Origin: Chiloscyllium plagiosum
Taxonomy: Eukaryota
Reading direction: 5' to 3'
Assembly: GCF_004010195.1 (NCBI RefSeq)
Contig: NC_057718.1
Location: forward strand, 93,398,561 to 93,462,560
DNA: 64,000 nt
Below are positions 12,064 through 24,707 of the stretch, piece after piece. Made by a program: the position numbers and the translations under genes. The notes below the pieces were generated by a model. That model was not told the origin of the DNA. It saw only the letters and a list, made by a program, of their open reading frames with translations, and made no database searches. Each line of letters starts with the position of its first letter. Within the stretch, counting starts at the first letter, position 1.

Positions 12064-13499
12064 CCATCTGGGGCTACATTGTTCTACAGGATGAAGCATC
12101 ATCTGTATTTTTTTTTACAGTCTAAAGAAGAACTTAATTGACCAGAAGAAGTGTTTTATGCCAGAAGTTCACAAGCAACACAAGCATTTTATCTGGGATG
12201 GCAGAGAATGCTCATGGAGTCAGCCTGCTGACTATTGAATCCGGTTTGTTAATGAGAAACTTGCTAATGGGCAGGCAAAAAAACAATGGGCACAGTTTCC
12301 ACAGTGAATTCTTGTCTATGTTGTCATGGGCAAAGCCTGGATCAATGAGATCCCAGCCCAGCCATTGATGCCACACATGCAACAGGATAAGCCATTTCCA
12401 GTTACTTTTCTGACACAGCAGGGGGCATTTTGAATCAGTGGTTTGGGCATTTAAAACCAAACCACCTCAATCTGTGCCAATACAAGAAGTAATTCTACTG
12501 AGGACCAAAATGTAATCTTCTTGGGTTAAGTGATAGATCAGCAGAATGGATTCTGACATGCAGACATTATAGTATATGGTAGAAAAAGGAATTTGAAATT
12601 CAATAAGGGTAGACTTACGGATTGGGCATGCCAAGGCATGTCCGGGCGGTGGATGAGGGAGAAGAGGTGGACAGTGTGCAGCAGCAGTCAGTACAGGGCC
12701 CACTGTTATATGTCCCTAAAAGGGGCAAAACCAAAACTCCGGAGGTGGCTCAGGTTGTAGGGTCAACATACCTTTTACTCACTTCTGTAATGTGACTCTC
12801 TTTTATAGTGTTCAGGTTACAGTTCCTGAAAATTCTACTGTCTCTTCGGACGATCATCAATCTTCTCTTCAAGGAGGTGAGGAAAAGCAAAAGCTGTCCA
12901 CTCATTGTACAGAATGTGCCAAGAAGATTCAGCGACAGCAATTACTGCAGCAGTCTGATGAAAAGTTTCCTCCCAAGTTGGAAAGCTAGACTACTGCTGA
13001 GAAATAAATAGATGACCTTGTATAAGCTCGATCACAAATGAAAGCAACTGAAGATTTTAACATTTCTACAGTCAGTAAAGAGACTTTGGAACCTGAGTTA
13101 TCAAGAATTATGCAGCTTGCAAGAGATCTTCAGTCAGGCAGGCAAGCGATCTCAAAGTTCGAAACAAGTCCGAGATCACTGAACCATCAGTCAGGGTGGA
13201 CAGAGCCACTCCTTTACTGCTGAAGTAAATTCTATGCAATGCATCCTTGCACAGAGAATGAGGTTAACAGGTTTAGAAGAAAACTTCCTTCAGCAAATTC
13301 CCTGAAACAAGCCCAGAAAGTGCTGGGGAAACTCACATGCCAGGCAGCATCTGTTGAGAGTAAAACAGAGTTAACATTTTGAATCCAGTGACCTTCATCA
13401 GAGCTGAAAACAACTAGGAACGGGTGGTATTTATGCTGATGACAGGGTTAAGAGGGAATGCCTAGAATACATGGAGATGGTGCCCAGAGAGAGATAGAG

Positions 13500-13800
13500 A
13501 TTAGATTTTGATTTTGATGTTATTGTCACATATACTGAATTACTAGAGTACAGTGAAAAATGTCCAATGTCACCATACACAGCACTATCTTAGGTACAAA
13601 GGTTTCTAGCTACAAAGAACTTAGGTAGAGAGAAGTAGAAGAGAGAAACAATTTTTTTTTTAAGCAGTACAGACCATCATAGTATAAGTTGAAAAATAAA
13701 AGAATAAGGCAAAGTAAGAAGGAATAGTCAAACAAAGAGATCTTTTCTTTTTTGCTTTTATGTAATGGCTCCTCCAGGGATTTGGTCAGCAGGTTTGTCG
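13500..13800 (-). mobile_element. Non-autonomous element with Rex1-like 3' tail
   Basis: ttagattttgattttgatgttattgtcacat...tacagtgaaaaa matches the Rex1 tail at 54476-54530; similar tails at ~10740-10840, 11595-11690, 41240-41370 and 45750-45832. Confidence 0.5.
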
Positions 13801-13817
13801 ACCCTATCAATGGTGCT

Positions 13818-13895
13818 GAAATATCTCCACAGAGGCCATTATCCTATCACCAAGTCACCCTTTATTTACATGTGGAGAGTCCTTGAGACTGATCC
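13818..13895 (-). mobile_element. LTR 3'-end fragment
   Basis: tgaaatatctccacagaggcc...tcaccaagtcaccctttatttac is the reverse complement of the LTR end at ~63545-63598. Confidence 0.7.
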
Positions 13896-14566
13896 AAACA
13901 AAGCGATAGCTGATGGTAGGTGGAGTGGGAAATAAATAGGGTGCTAATGAGAAGTGTAAGTTTTAAAAAGGGTTGGCTGTGATGGGAGCAACCCACACAA
14001 AAAAGAATTCGAAGAGTGTGAGGGGAGGGTAACCAACATGAAAGGAGTGTTCACCTTTTGAAAACGTTGAATGCAACACTGAGGAGTTGGAGATGCTGTC
14101 AGACCTGCTGAGTTTCCCAAAAACATTATATTTTGGCTTCAGACTTTCAGCATTCATAAGACCATAGGAAATAGAAACAGGAGAAGGCCATTTAGCCCAT
14201 CAAGCCGGCTCTGCCAGTCAATATGCTCATGGTCGATCCTAAGACAGTTCTTCATTTTTAGTCCCTGAGCAGGAAGCCATCAAGAGGATTAAAGTTACTT
14301 CAGCTTGGTTATAAGGATCTTTCTGGTCAGCTTCTCAAGTCCAGGTGGGTCAAGTTGATATTGAACATGTAGAAATCATTGATCTGCATTGATGGCAATT
14401 CGTTACTGCAAGACAAACCCGTCAGTAAGCTATGGAAACACTAGAGAGTCTTTCAGCTATCAACAGAGCTGCCCTTCGACTCTATAAATATATTAGCCTT
14501 CCATGGAAATGGTGAGAATGCGCATTCATCCTGTACAATAAAGACGTGGACAGAGAGTGCTGTTGA

Positions 14567-14883
14567 GTCATGTAATCCTCACAATATGGAAACAGGCCAT
14601 TCACCAACCCTCCAAATTGCATCCAACCTGGACAACCCTCCATTTCTGATGGTGAAACTGCCTATCCTGCTCATCCCTGAACACTAAGGGCAATTTAGCA
14701 TGGCCAATCCACCCTAGCATGCACATCTTTGGACTGTGGGAGGAAACCAGACCATCAGAGGAAACCCACACAGACATGGGGAGAATGTGCAAACTCCACA
14801 CGGACAGTCATCCGAGGGTAGAATCAAACCCAAGCCCCTGGTGCTGTGAGGCAACAGTGCTAACCAGTTACCCACTGTGCCAC
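14567..14883 (-). mobile_element. HE1-like V-SINE
   Basis: Reverse copy. Confidence 0.85.
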
Positions 14884-14975
14884 TCCAAAGGGTTTGTCCT
14901 TCAAACGAACACAAGAGACTTGTGGTTGGGGATGGGTTCAGAAGTGGAGTAAATGTGTAAATATCCATGGTTAAA

Positions 14976-15200
14976 TAGACAATAGACAATAGACAATAGG
15001 TGCAGGAGTAGGCCATTCTGCCCTTCGAGCCTGCACCACCATTCAATATGATCATGGCTGATCATTCCTGATCAGTATCCTCTTCCTGCCTTATCTCCAT
15101 AACCCTTGATTCCACTATCTTTGAGAGCTCTATCCAACTCTTTCTTAAATGAATCCAGAGGCTGGGCCTCCACTGCCCTCTGGGGCAGGGCATTTCACAC
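14976..15200 (-). mobile_element. CR1 3' end
   Basis: (agacaat)n tail, CR1 3' UTR. Confidence 0.85.
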
Positions 15201-15514
15201 AATGTTAATGTTAAAAAGAGGTATCACAAAATAACTTGGGGAGAAAGGTGGAACCAAGGGAATTAATGCCTTTGTGCTTATTGTAGCTGCCGAACATGTG
15301 TTAAAAGAACCACATCATAGTGACGGCAGGTTACGTGAAACTGAAGGCAGGGTCTGTAGGACTCCAACCATGTTGTCCTCTTTTAGCATCCTCTGTGTAT
15401 AGTTATGTTTAATAACGCTTAATGTCATTCACTCACAAGAGTGTAGATCTCACATGGCTCCATACTGCACTTCAATCCTAGGGACATTGCAGCCAATATC
15501 TCTCTGAGCAAAAA

Positions 15515-15685
15515 AGCCACCGCATTTAAAAGGCATCTGGATGGGTATATGAATAGGAAAGGATTAGAGGGATATGGGCCAAGTGCTGGCAAATGGGACC
15601 AGATTAATTTAGGATGTCTAGTCGGCATGGATAAGTTAGGCCGAAAGGTCTGTTTCTGTGTTGTACATCTCGATGACTCTGTGAC
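15515..15685 (+). mobile_element. CR1 3' end
   Basis: FKRHLDGYMNRKGLEGYG plus 3' UTR matching other copies. Confidence 0.9.
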
Positions 15686-16099
15686 TGGGTCCTGATCCTG
15701 TGAAAGGTTGGCCAGTGATGTCTCCACTGGTTTGTGATATGGTGGACTGACCCAAGAGGGGCTTCTGGTCATCTCACCATCCTGTCACTGAGACTGTCCC
15801 CCCAGCTCCCATCTCCAGGACTGTAATCTCCTCTCTCAACTGTTACTGCTGTGAGTGTTACAATCTGGCAGGCGTTGTGTGAGTCGGCAATGGATCCAGA
15901 TTAACTGGTGACTTTCAAAAGAGGCTTGAATATATACTTGTAAAGGAAAAGAAATTGCAGGGTCATAGGAAAAAGAAGGGAAACGGAACTAATCAGCAGT
16001 CATTTCAAAATGCCAACACAGACTTAATGGACTGAATTACTTCCTTTTGCACTGGCTATTTTACATATTTACAGTCACTGTAGATTAGAATGATCAGCT

Positions 16100-16315
16100 A
16101 TCTCATGTGCCTGAGGCCTAAACTCTGAAATTCTCTCCCTCCACCTCTCTGCCTTACTGTCTTCCTTTAAGACACACTCATCTCATTGACCGTGCTAAAT
16201 GTTTACTTGACCCAACATCTCCCTCTGTCACACAGCATCATATGTTGTGTTACAATACTCCCACCAACTTTGATTGGCTTAAAGGTACGATATAAACATA
16301 ATTTTTATATTGTTG
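16100..16315 (+). mobile_element. L2-like LINE 3' remnant
   Basis: ggcctaaactctgaaattctctccct...cctttaagacac; L2-like tail. Confidence 0.45.
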
Positions 16316-16459
16316 TCTGAATCGATATTTCTACGTTGAAAAGTAACTTCAGAATTGCTTTCAGTATCAGGTCAACTCACTGCCTATCATCAATCTGCTA
16401 GTCATTGTGAGCATTTTTTTTCATTGAACAGTGGCAACAGTTGCCAATGACATTGCATT

Positions 16460-16545
16460 TCAGAGTCGAGAGTGTGGTGCTGGAAAAGCACAGCAGATCA
16501 GGCAGCATCCGAGGAGCAGGATAATTGACGTGTTGGGCATAAGCA
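16460..16545 (-). mobile_element. PLE family A terminal fragment
   Basis: gtgctggaaaagcacagcagatcaggcagcatccgaggagcagga. Confidence 0.75.
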
Positions 16546-17375
16546 TACTGTGCTTAATACATACTGTGGGGATCTCAGTGAGAGCCAGTGAGGACCCTGT
16601 ATTGGCTTCTTTAGTGAGGACAAGTAAGTGCCTTTCAGGCATTTAAGTGACTAATGGTGGGTCTGTCCTAGGTTAAAGACCGTGATGGTGGAAATTCTGC
16701 CCCTGCCCCTGGAGACACATCAGCCAATTACAGAAAGTAGGGATAACACGAGCAACACACCCACGAGATTCCAAAATCAATGAGGGACCTAGGTCACAAT
16801 TGAAGGAGGATGGAATTGGAGTCCAGGGGAAGGCAGCTTTAGCTCAGCAGGTTAAGAGGGTTGTCAGAGGCAAGGGCAGAACAGCAGTTCTCAGCCCAAA
16901 CCCCCATCAGCTTGCCAATGCTGGATGCGTGCATCAGGAACAATGAGGGTGATCCTATCATCCTCCAAAAGGAGTCTGCAAGCAAACCTAACAGGTTCTG
17001 CGTTTTTGGGTTCCATCTATGCTGACTGACCTGTCTGACAGTGATAGGGGAATGGGGCTTTAGGTGTACAGTAATTGCTCAAACATTTTTGTTTATTCAC
17101 TGATGGATATGATTGACTGGGCCAATGTTTATTGCCTATCCCTAGTTGCCCTTGAGAGGTTGGTGGTGACCTGCCTTCCTGAACCGCTGCTGTCCATGTG
17201 TGGTAGGTTAATCCACAATGCTCTTAGGGAGGGAATTCCAGGATTTTGACGCAGTGACACTGATGGAACAGTGACATATTTCCAAGTCAGGATGGTGTGT
17301 GATTGGAGGGGAACGTGCGGGAGGTGGTATTCCTATATAACAGTTGCTCTGGTCTTGCTAGATTGAAGTGGTCAT

Positions 17376-18450
17376 GAGGAGAAAGTGAGGACTGCAGATA
17401 CTGGAGATCAGAGCTGAAAATGTGTTGCTGGAAAAGCGCAGCAGGTCAGGCAGCATCCAAGGAGCAGGAGAATCGACGTTTCGTGCATAAGCCCTTCTTC
17501 AGGAATGAGGAAAGTGTGTCCAGCAGGCTATGATAAAAGGTAGGGAGGAGGGACTTGGGGGAGGGGCGTTGGAAATGCGATAGATGGAAGGAGGTCAAGG
17601 TGAGGGTGATAGGCCGGAGTGGGGNNNNNNNNNNNNNNNNNNNNNNNNNNNNNNNNNNNNNNNNNNNNNNNNNNNNNNNNNNNNNNNNNNNNNNNNNNNN
17701 NNNNNNNNNNNNNNNNNNNNNNNNNNNNNNNNNNNNNNNNNNNNNNNNNNNNNNNNNNNNNNNNNNNNNNNNNNNNNNNNNNNNNNNNNNNNNNNNNNNN
17801 NNNNNNNNNNNNNNNNNNNNNNNNNNNNNNNNNNNNNNNNNNNNNNNNNNNNNNNNNNNNNNNNNNNNNNNNNNNNNNNNNNNNNNNNNNNNNNNNNNNN
17901 NNNNNNNNNNNNNNNNNNNNNNNNNNNNNNNNNNNNNNNNNNNNNNNNNNNNNNNNNNNNNNNNNNNNNNNNNNNNNNNNNNNNNNNNNNNNNNNNNNNN
18001 NNNNNNNNNNNNNNNNNNNNNNNNNNNNNNNNNNNNNNNNNNNNNNNNNNNNNNNNNNNNNNNNNNNNNNNNNNNNNNNNNNNNNNNNNNNNNNNNNNNN
18101 NNNNNNNNNNNNNNNNNNNNNNNNNNNNNNNNNNNNNNNNNNNNNNNNNNNNNNNNNNNNNNNNNNNNNNNNNNNNNNNNNNNNNNNNNNNNNNNNNNNN
18201 NNNNNNNNNNNNNNATGTGGTGGAGGGCAGCGTCGACCACGTCTGGGGGGAAATTGCGGTCTTTGAAGAAGGAGGTCATCTGGGTTGTTCGATATTGGAA
18301 CTGGTCCTCCTGGGAGCAGATGCGGCGGAGACGAAGGAATTGGGAATATGGGATGGCATTTTTACAGGGGGCAGGGTGGGAGGAGGTGTAGTCTAGGTAG
18401 CTGTGGGAGTCGGTCGGTTTATAGTAAATGTTCGTGTTGATTCGGTCACG
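17376..18450 (-). mobile_element. Penelope-like retroelement, 5'-truncated, with assembly gap
   Basis: Minus-strand translation INTNIYYKPTDSHSYLDYTSSHP..KNAIPYSQFLRLRRICS (PLE RT thumb region); 3' end nearly identical to 51998-52240. Confidence 0.9.
17471..17506 (-). ncRNA. Minimal hammerhead ribozyme motif (family A), 2 stem mismatches
   Basis: attc CUGAAGA A GGGC UUAU GCAC GAAA CG UC gauu. Confidence 0.65.
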
Positions 18451-18960
18451 AACTTGGAAGAAGCTGTCTAATGATCTTTGGTGAACTGCTGTAGTGTGTC
18501 TTGTAGATGGTACAACACTGTAGCTACTGAGAGTCAGTGGTGGAGGGAGTGGATGTGGTGCCAATCAAGTGGGATGCTTTGTTCCTGGATGGTGTCAAGC
18601 TTCTTGTTTTTGGAATTTCACTTGTCCAAGCAAGTATAGAGTAACAGTTATAGTTTGAGTCTTCATAGAGTTTCCTTTAAATTTCATACAAATTAACAGC
18701 ATTAATCAGTCCTTTCAATCTGCTCCACTGTTCAAACCAGACTAAAATATTCAATGATCTGTTCTCCTGAGGCTGAGTTTCCCAAAGCGACAAAAACCTC
18801 TGACAGAAATAATTTCTCCTCATCTCTGTCCCAAAAGGACAACTGATACATATTAAATAGTGTGCCCTGGAACTGGCTCACTACCCCCCCGCTACCCCCC
18901 ACTCCCACCAAGGGAAAACATCATTTGCACATTCACCTTATAAAGACTGGACAAAATCTT

Positions 18961-19060
18961 GATCTGAGGAAGGGTCAGTTGACTGAAAATGTTAACTCTG
19001 ATTTCTGTCCCGGATGCTGCCAGACCTGATGAGCTTTTCCAGCAATTTCTGATTTTGTTC
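18961..19060 (+). mobile_element. PLE family D end with degenerate hammerhead
   Basis: gat CTGAGGA A GGGTC AGTT GACT GAAAA TG TT aac followed by gatgctgccagacctg. Confidence 0.6.
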
Positions 19061-19324
19061 TAGTCTGTCTAACCTGTCCTCATGAGACAATCTGCCCATT
19101 TCTCAGATCAATCTTGTAAACCTACACTGAACCGCTTCCAACACATAAACATCCTTCCTTAAGTAAGGAAACCTAACTGAACATAGTAATCGAGATATAG
19201 GTTGTATCAATGCTCGATATAACTCAATCGTAACAGTTTTACTTTTATGTTCAATTCCCACTTATTAAGAATAACATTCTATTAGCCTTCTTTAAGTACT
19301 TGCTGTACCTGCATACGAACTTAG

Positions 19325-20222
19325 AGTTATAGGGTCATAGAGATGTACAGCACGGAAACAAACCCTTCGGTCCAACCCGTCCATGCTGACCAGATGTCCC
19401 GACCCAATCTAGTCCCACCTGCCAGCACCCACACCATATCCCTCTAAACCCTTCCTATTCATATACCCATCCAGATGCCTTTTAAATGTTGCAATTGTAC
19501 CAGCCTGCACCACCTCTTCTGGCAGCTCATTCCATACACATACTAGTTTCTGCGTGAAACAGTTGCCCCTTAGGTCTCTTTTATGTCTTTCCCCTCTGAC
19601 CCAAAACCTATGCCTTCTAGTTCTAGACTCCCCGACCCCAGGGAAAAGATTTTGTCTATTTATCCTATTCATGCCCCTCATAATTTCATAAACCTCTGTA
19701 AGGTCTCCCCTCAGCCTCCGTTACTCCAGGGAAAACAGCCCCAGCCTGTTAAGCCTCTCCCTGCAGCTCAAATCCTCCAACCCTGGCAACATCCTTGTAA
19801 ATCTTTTCTGAACCCTTTCACAACATCTTTCCGATAGGAAGGAGAGCAGAATTGCATGCAATATTCCAACAGTGGCCAAACCAATGTCCTGGAGAGCCGC
19901 AACATGACCTCCTAACTCCTGTACTCAATACTCTGACCAATAAAGGAGAGCATACCAAACGCCTTCTTCACTATCCTATCTACCTGCGACTCCACTTTCA
20001 AGGAGCTATGAACCTGCACTCCAAGTCTCTTTGTTCAGCAACATTCCCTAGTACATTACCATTAAGTGTATAAGTCCTGCTAAGATTTGCTTTCCCAAAA
20101 TGCAGCACTTCGCATTTATCTAAATTAAACTCCATCTGCCACTTCTCTGCCCATTGGCCCATCTGGTCAAGATCCTGTTATAATCTGACGTAACCCTCTT
20201 CGCTAACTTCTTGATACTGCCA
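19325..20222 (-). mobile_element. CR1 LINE 3' portion
   Basis: ORF 19409-19681 (LFPGVGESRTR..WNELPEEVV..FKRHLDGYMN) and CR1 tail. Confidence 0.93.
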
Positions 20223-21184
20223 GAAAGTACCAGAATACTTAGATTCTTCTGCTCTTTGGAATTCTGAAGTTTTTCTCCATTTAAGCATTGCTCTGTTATT
20301 TTTGCCACTTCCTGCCAAAGTAAACATATTCGCACTTCCACACATTATCCTCCATCTGTCCGATATTTGTCCATTCACTCACTGAATCCATATTCTTCTG
20401 CCTTCTTCTTCTATCGTCTTCACAACAAGCTTGCAGACCTACCTTTGCGCCATCTGCAAATTTAACTCCGATGCTTTAAAGAGGAAAACGTTTCAAAGCA
20501 CTTCACAAATGGAAATGGAGACGTTAATACTGCACCATAACATACGTTCTACTGTCTGCTTGGGGAGTAAAGTTGCAATTTGCATTTTCTTTGACATGTT
20601 GTAGGCTGGGGCTATGGGTAATGATGGGAGAGGCACCAACCTACTTTCTGTTATGTGGCTGACCCAAAATCTCACCTGGATTTACAGCCTGCCATTGGGC
20701 ATTTGCTAAGAATACTTACAGGTTTCTACACAGCCTATTTAGCCACATTAAATACACCTTGGCTGTGAAACCTGGGGTGAGACTCAAACACAAAATGTCA
20801 AGCTTAGAGATAGGGTACTCTCCACTGTACTGGAAGACCTCCCTATTGAACTGTTAGTTGTGCTGGTCCAACGCGTGATCCAAAAAAAATGGATTTGAAA
20901 AGGAATTAGAAGGAAGAGAGAGAAACAGAGATGGGACAGGATCTAGGCAGAATATGCAAGACCAGGGAAGCTCAAAGCTCATTATATATTGTCAATAGAG
21001 AAGAAAATGCACAACAATCTGGAGGGATGTGAAAGCGAGAAGATGGCATTCTGTGGGAAAATGTAAATTAGCATTAAAATGTCCCCACACCTGATCTTCT
21101 AATGGAAAGAAGGTCATTGGTAAAGCAGCTGAAGATGGATAGGGCTAGGACACTACCTCATGGAAGTCCTGCCGAGATGTTCTT

Positions 21185-21670
21185 GCATTGGAGGCATGGC
21201 AGAGAAGGTTCATTACATTAATCCCAGGCAAAGAAGGATTGCTTTATGAAGCGAAGTTGAGTAGTTTGGGCTTGTACTCATTGGAGTTCAGAAAATGAAA
21301 GGAGTCCTTATTGAAACTCACAAGATTCTTCAGGGACATGACAGGGTGGATGCAGAGAGGATGTTTCCCCTTGTGGGAGAGTCTAGGGCCAGAAGGAATG
21401 ATCTCAGAGTATGCGGTCATCCAGTTAGGGCAAAGATAAGGAGGATTTTTTTTTTCTCAGACGGGACTGAATCCATAGAATTCTTTACTGCAAGGGCTCT
21501 CAAGGCTGGGATGTTGAGGCTTAGATAGACAGATTTTTCAGTCACTGAAGGAGAAAAGGCAGGAAAGTAAAGTTTAGGATTATCAGATCTACCATGATCT
21601 CATAGAATGGTGGAGCAGGCTTAGCGGGCTGAATGGCCGACTGCTACTTATTTGGCTTGCAGCCTTATGA
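21185..21670 (+). mobile_element. CR1 3' fragment
   Basis: ORF 21295 LIETHKILQGHDRVDAERMFPLVGESRAR. Confidence 0.85.
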
Positions 21671-21807
21671 CTTCGATTGGATTGAGAAGACTTGGCACCT
21701 GAATTACAGTGCATTGACTTAGAGCAAAGACATTTAGCATCAACTGTGTAATTGAACTATCACACAACTTTGGAGCATAATTGTGAATTAAAACCTCACC
21801 AATTTTG

Positions 21808-23420
21808 AAGTTAAAAATCACACAACACCAGGTTATAGTCCAACAGGTTTAATTGGAAGCACTAGCTTTCAAAGCTCTGCTTCTTCATCACGTGGTTGTG
21901 GAGTACACAATTGTAAGACACAGAATTTATAGCAAAAGTTTACAGTGTGATGTAACTGAAATTATCCATTGAAACATACCTTGACTGTTTGTTAAGTCTC
22001 TCATCTGTTAGAATGACCATGTTAGTTTCACTTCTTTCACATGTAAATTGCAAAACGTTTTTTTGAAGTTACATTCTTAGGTGAACTTTAACAATTGGTG
22101 TCAGCCCAGATAATGTATTGAAGGTGATAGCCCCCTGTGTGCTGCTGTCTGTGCCATAATGTTTAGACTGATTCTAATCTAAACATGAATTGACAGAATC
22201 TTAAATATATTCATGCAGTTTTTGAGCAAAGTACAATGTAACTCTGCAAGTACAGATTCATTCTACAAACGTATGTGTGCATGTGGGTTTGTGTGTGTGT
22301 GTGGTGAGGGTGTTGTGAGTGTCTGAGAGAGAGTGTATATGTGTGTGTGAGTGTAAAGGGGTCTAAGTCTGTGAGAGGATGCATGCATGAGTGTGTGTGT
22401 GTATAGGAGTGTCTGTGTATGTGTGTGTGGGTCTGTAAAGGAGTGTCTGTGTGTGTGTTTGTGTGTGTAGTGCACCTGTAGTGTGACATGAACCCAAGGT
22501 CCCGGTTGAGGCCCTCCCTATGGGTATGGAACTTAGCTATCAGCCTCTCCTCGGCCACTTTTCACTGCTGCCTGTCCCAAAGTCCGCCTTGGAGAATGGT
22601 TACCCGAAGATCTGAGAAAGGGGTCTAAGTCTGTGAGAGGATGCATGCATGAGTGTGTGTGTGTATAGGAGTGTCTGTGTGTATGTGTGTGTGGGTCTGT
22701 AAAGGAGTGTCTGTGTTTGTGTGTGTAGTGCACCTGTAGTGCCGGTTGAGGCCCTCCCCCCGGTTGAGGCCCTCCCTATGGGTATGGAACTTAGCTATCA
22801 GCTTCTCCTCGGCCACTTTTCACTGCTGCCTGTCCCAAAGTCCGCCTTGGAGAATGGTTACCCGAAGATCCGAGCTCGAATGTTCTGGACCACTGTAGTG
22901 TTCCCCAACTGGGTGGGAAAACTCCTGTCTGTTGGTTGTTGTGCGGTGCCCATTCATCTTTGTAATTTGCTCAAAAGCTGAATAAATCCATGTAAGACTC
23001 TGTTAATTCATTTTTAGATTAGAATCTAAACATTATGGCACAGACAGCAGCACACAGGGGGCTAACACCTTCAACACATTATCTGGGCTGACACCAATTG
23101 TTAAAGTTCACCTGAGAACTTGAGAATGTAACTTTTTAAAAAAAAATTGTGATTTGCATGTGAAATAAGTGAAACTAACACAGTCATTCTAACAGATGAG
23201 AGACTTAACAAACAGTCAAGGTATGTTTCAATGTATAATTTCAGTTACATCACACTGTAAACTTTTGCTGTAAATTCTGTGTCTTACAANNNNNNNNNNN
23301 NNNNNNNNNNNNNNNNNNNNNNNNNNNNTGCTTCCAATTAAACCTGTTGGACTATAACCTGGTGTTGTGTGATTTTTAACTTTGTACATTCCTGTCCAAC
23401 ACCGGTATTTCCAAATCAAG
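21808..23420. mobile_element. Penelope-like insertion (family B) with long inverted arms and duplicated GIY-YIG C-terminus
   Basis: ~21808-22270 is inverted relative to ~22960-23385; minus-strand AEERLIAKFHTHREGLNRDLGFMSHY occurs twice; flanks accaattttgaag (21798) / accatttttgaag (23424). Confidence 0.85.
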
Positions 23421-23464
23421 ACTACCATTTTTGAAGCCTCGTTTTGTTAAGTAACAGCCTATAT

Positions 23465-23895
23465 ACTGTGTGTGTCAATCAGTGTGTGTCTGGGTGTGTG
23501 TCGGTCAGTGTGTCTATCAGTGTGTCTGTGTTAGTTGATCGGTGTGTGTGTGTGTATGTGTGTACGTGTGTCTGTGTATATATGTGTGTGGTCTGTATAT
23601 GTGTCCGTGTATGTGTATGTGTGTCTGTGTGTGTGCGTAAGTCTGTGTTTATGTGTGTCTGTGNNNNNNNNNNNNNNNNNNNNNNNNNNNNNNNNNNNNN
23701 NNNNNNNNNNNNNNNNNNNNNNNNNNNNNNNNNNNNNNNNNNNNNNNNNNNNNNNNNNNNNNNNNNNNNNNNNNNNNNNNNGAGTGTGTCTGTAAGTGTG
23801 TGTCTGTGTTTGTGTGTGTGTCTGTGTGTGTCTGTGCGTGTGTCTGTGAGTGTGTGTGTGTGTCTATGTGTGTCTGTCTGTGTGTGTGTGCGCGT
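23465..23895. repeat. Imperfect (TG)n microsatellite with gap
   Basis: Direct inspection. Confidence 0.95.
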
Positions 23896-24707
23896 GCTTA
23901 TTGAGGCTTAGAGCTGAGCGTGTGTTAAGGTTGCCTATCAGCCACATCCCGTATTGATTGATGTCAATGAGGCAACGCAATGATGAAACCCTTAATTTTC
24001 TAGTCAACGGGCCGCATCGAGCAATAGATTTAGATTGTCCCATGTAATGTTTTTTTTTCCCTTGTTTCCTCAGGAACAGCAGAGAAAGTGGCTGCTCAGA
24101 CCAAAAGGCAGACAAACATACCATTATCAAACAAGGTTAAAGGCAGGCGAAAAAGGCAAATAGGCTTTGAAACACTCTGAGTTCTTTGATGCATGACAAA
24201 TGGAATACACCCTGATTGCTCTGAGTAAGCATTGCTGATATTTCTTCAGTTGGTAGAAATTAGAGAAGCAAATAAACAAGGCAATAATTTCCCAGTCTTA
24301 TATCAACAATATACAGAGGTCAACCTACTTGGCAATTTCTCTTAATTCCAATTATCATTAACATTATGGGCAGCTGCAGGAAATGATACTGCGGGGTAAC
24401 TGGTACGAGTCTGATGTAGATATCCAAACTGTTTGATCCTGAAACAAAAGTAAATTATAATTTTCTTTTCCTCTAAACTTGATGCAGCATACCAAATACC
24501 ACAAAAGGCTTTAATCCTCGCTGCTGCTTTCGGTTAATCTGTTAACCCGTTGTGTTTTCAGATCTGAAATTTACTGCTAGGGCTGGCCAAGTGTCAAACT
24601 ATTTGGGGCGTAACATTGCTTTCTGCGTGACACCATTGTTGCAAACATACAAAGGTCTGGATGAGGAGTAGAGGAAGAAGTGCTTTGAGCCTTTCCAACT
24701 TTCAATA

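Larger units (their letters stand above)
13300..14155 (-). mobile_element. Old PLE end (family D) with nested insertions
   Basis: gagttaacattttgaatccagtgaccttcatcag (reverse CTGATGA..); homologous to 55380-55570; partial inverted arm at 14060-14155. Confidence 0.55.
17088..18640 (-). mobile_element. Old L2/CR1-group LINE 3' fragment, split by a Penelope insertion
   Basis: Homologous to 59665-60110 on both sides of the PLE. Confidence 0.7.
18690..20465 (-). mobile_element. Old degenerate CR1 hosting a younger CR1 and a PLE end
   Basis: CR1-like remnants on both sides (acctacctttgcgccatctgcaaattt = KFADGAKVG reversed). Confidence 0.6.

Noticed and set aside
12110..13223. Short ORFs with acceptor-like sites in unique sequence
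   Set aside because: No recognisable domain and no consistent splice-phase chain
17446..18564. Long ORFs of 215-372 aa
   Set aside because: Mostly N-gap translation; only the PLE RT fragment is real
22211..23911. His/Thr- and Val/Cys-rich ORFs
   Set aside because: Translations of (CA)n/(TG)n tracts
24050..24230. Possible exon after a strong polypyrimidine tract and AG (~24073)
   Set aside because: All frames stop before the good donor (gtaagc ~24225), the nearer donor is weak and the peptide is unrecognisable; a non-coding exon cannot be excluded
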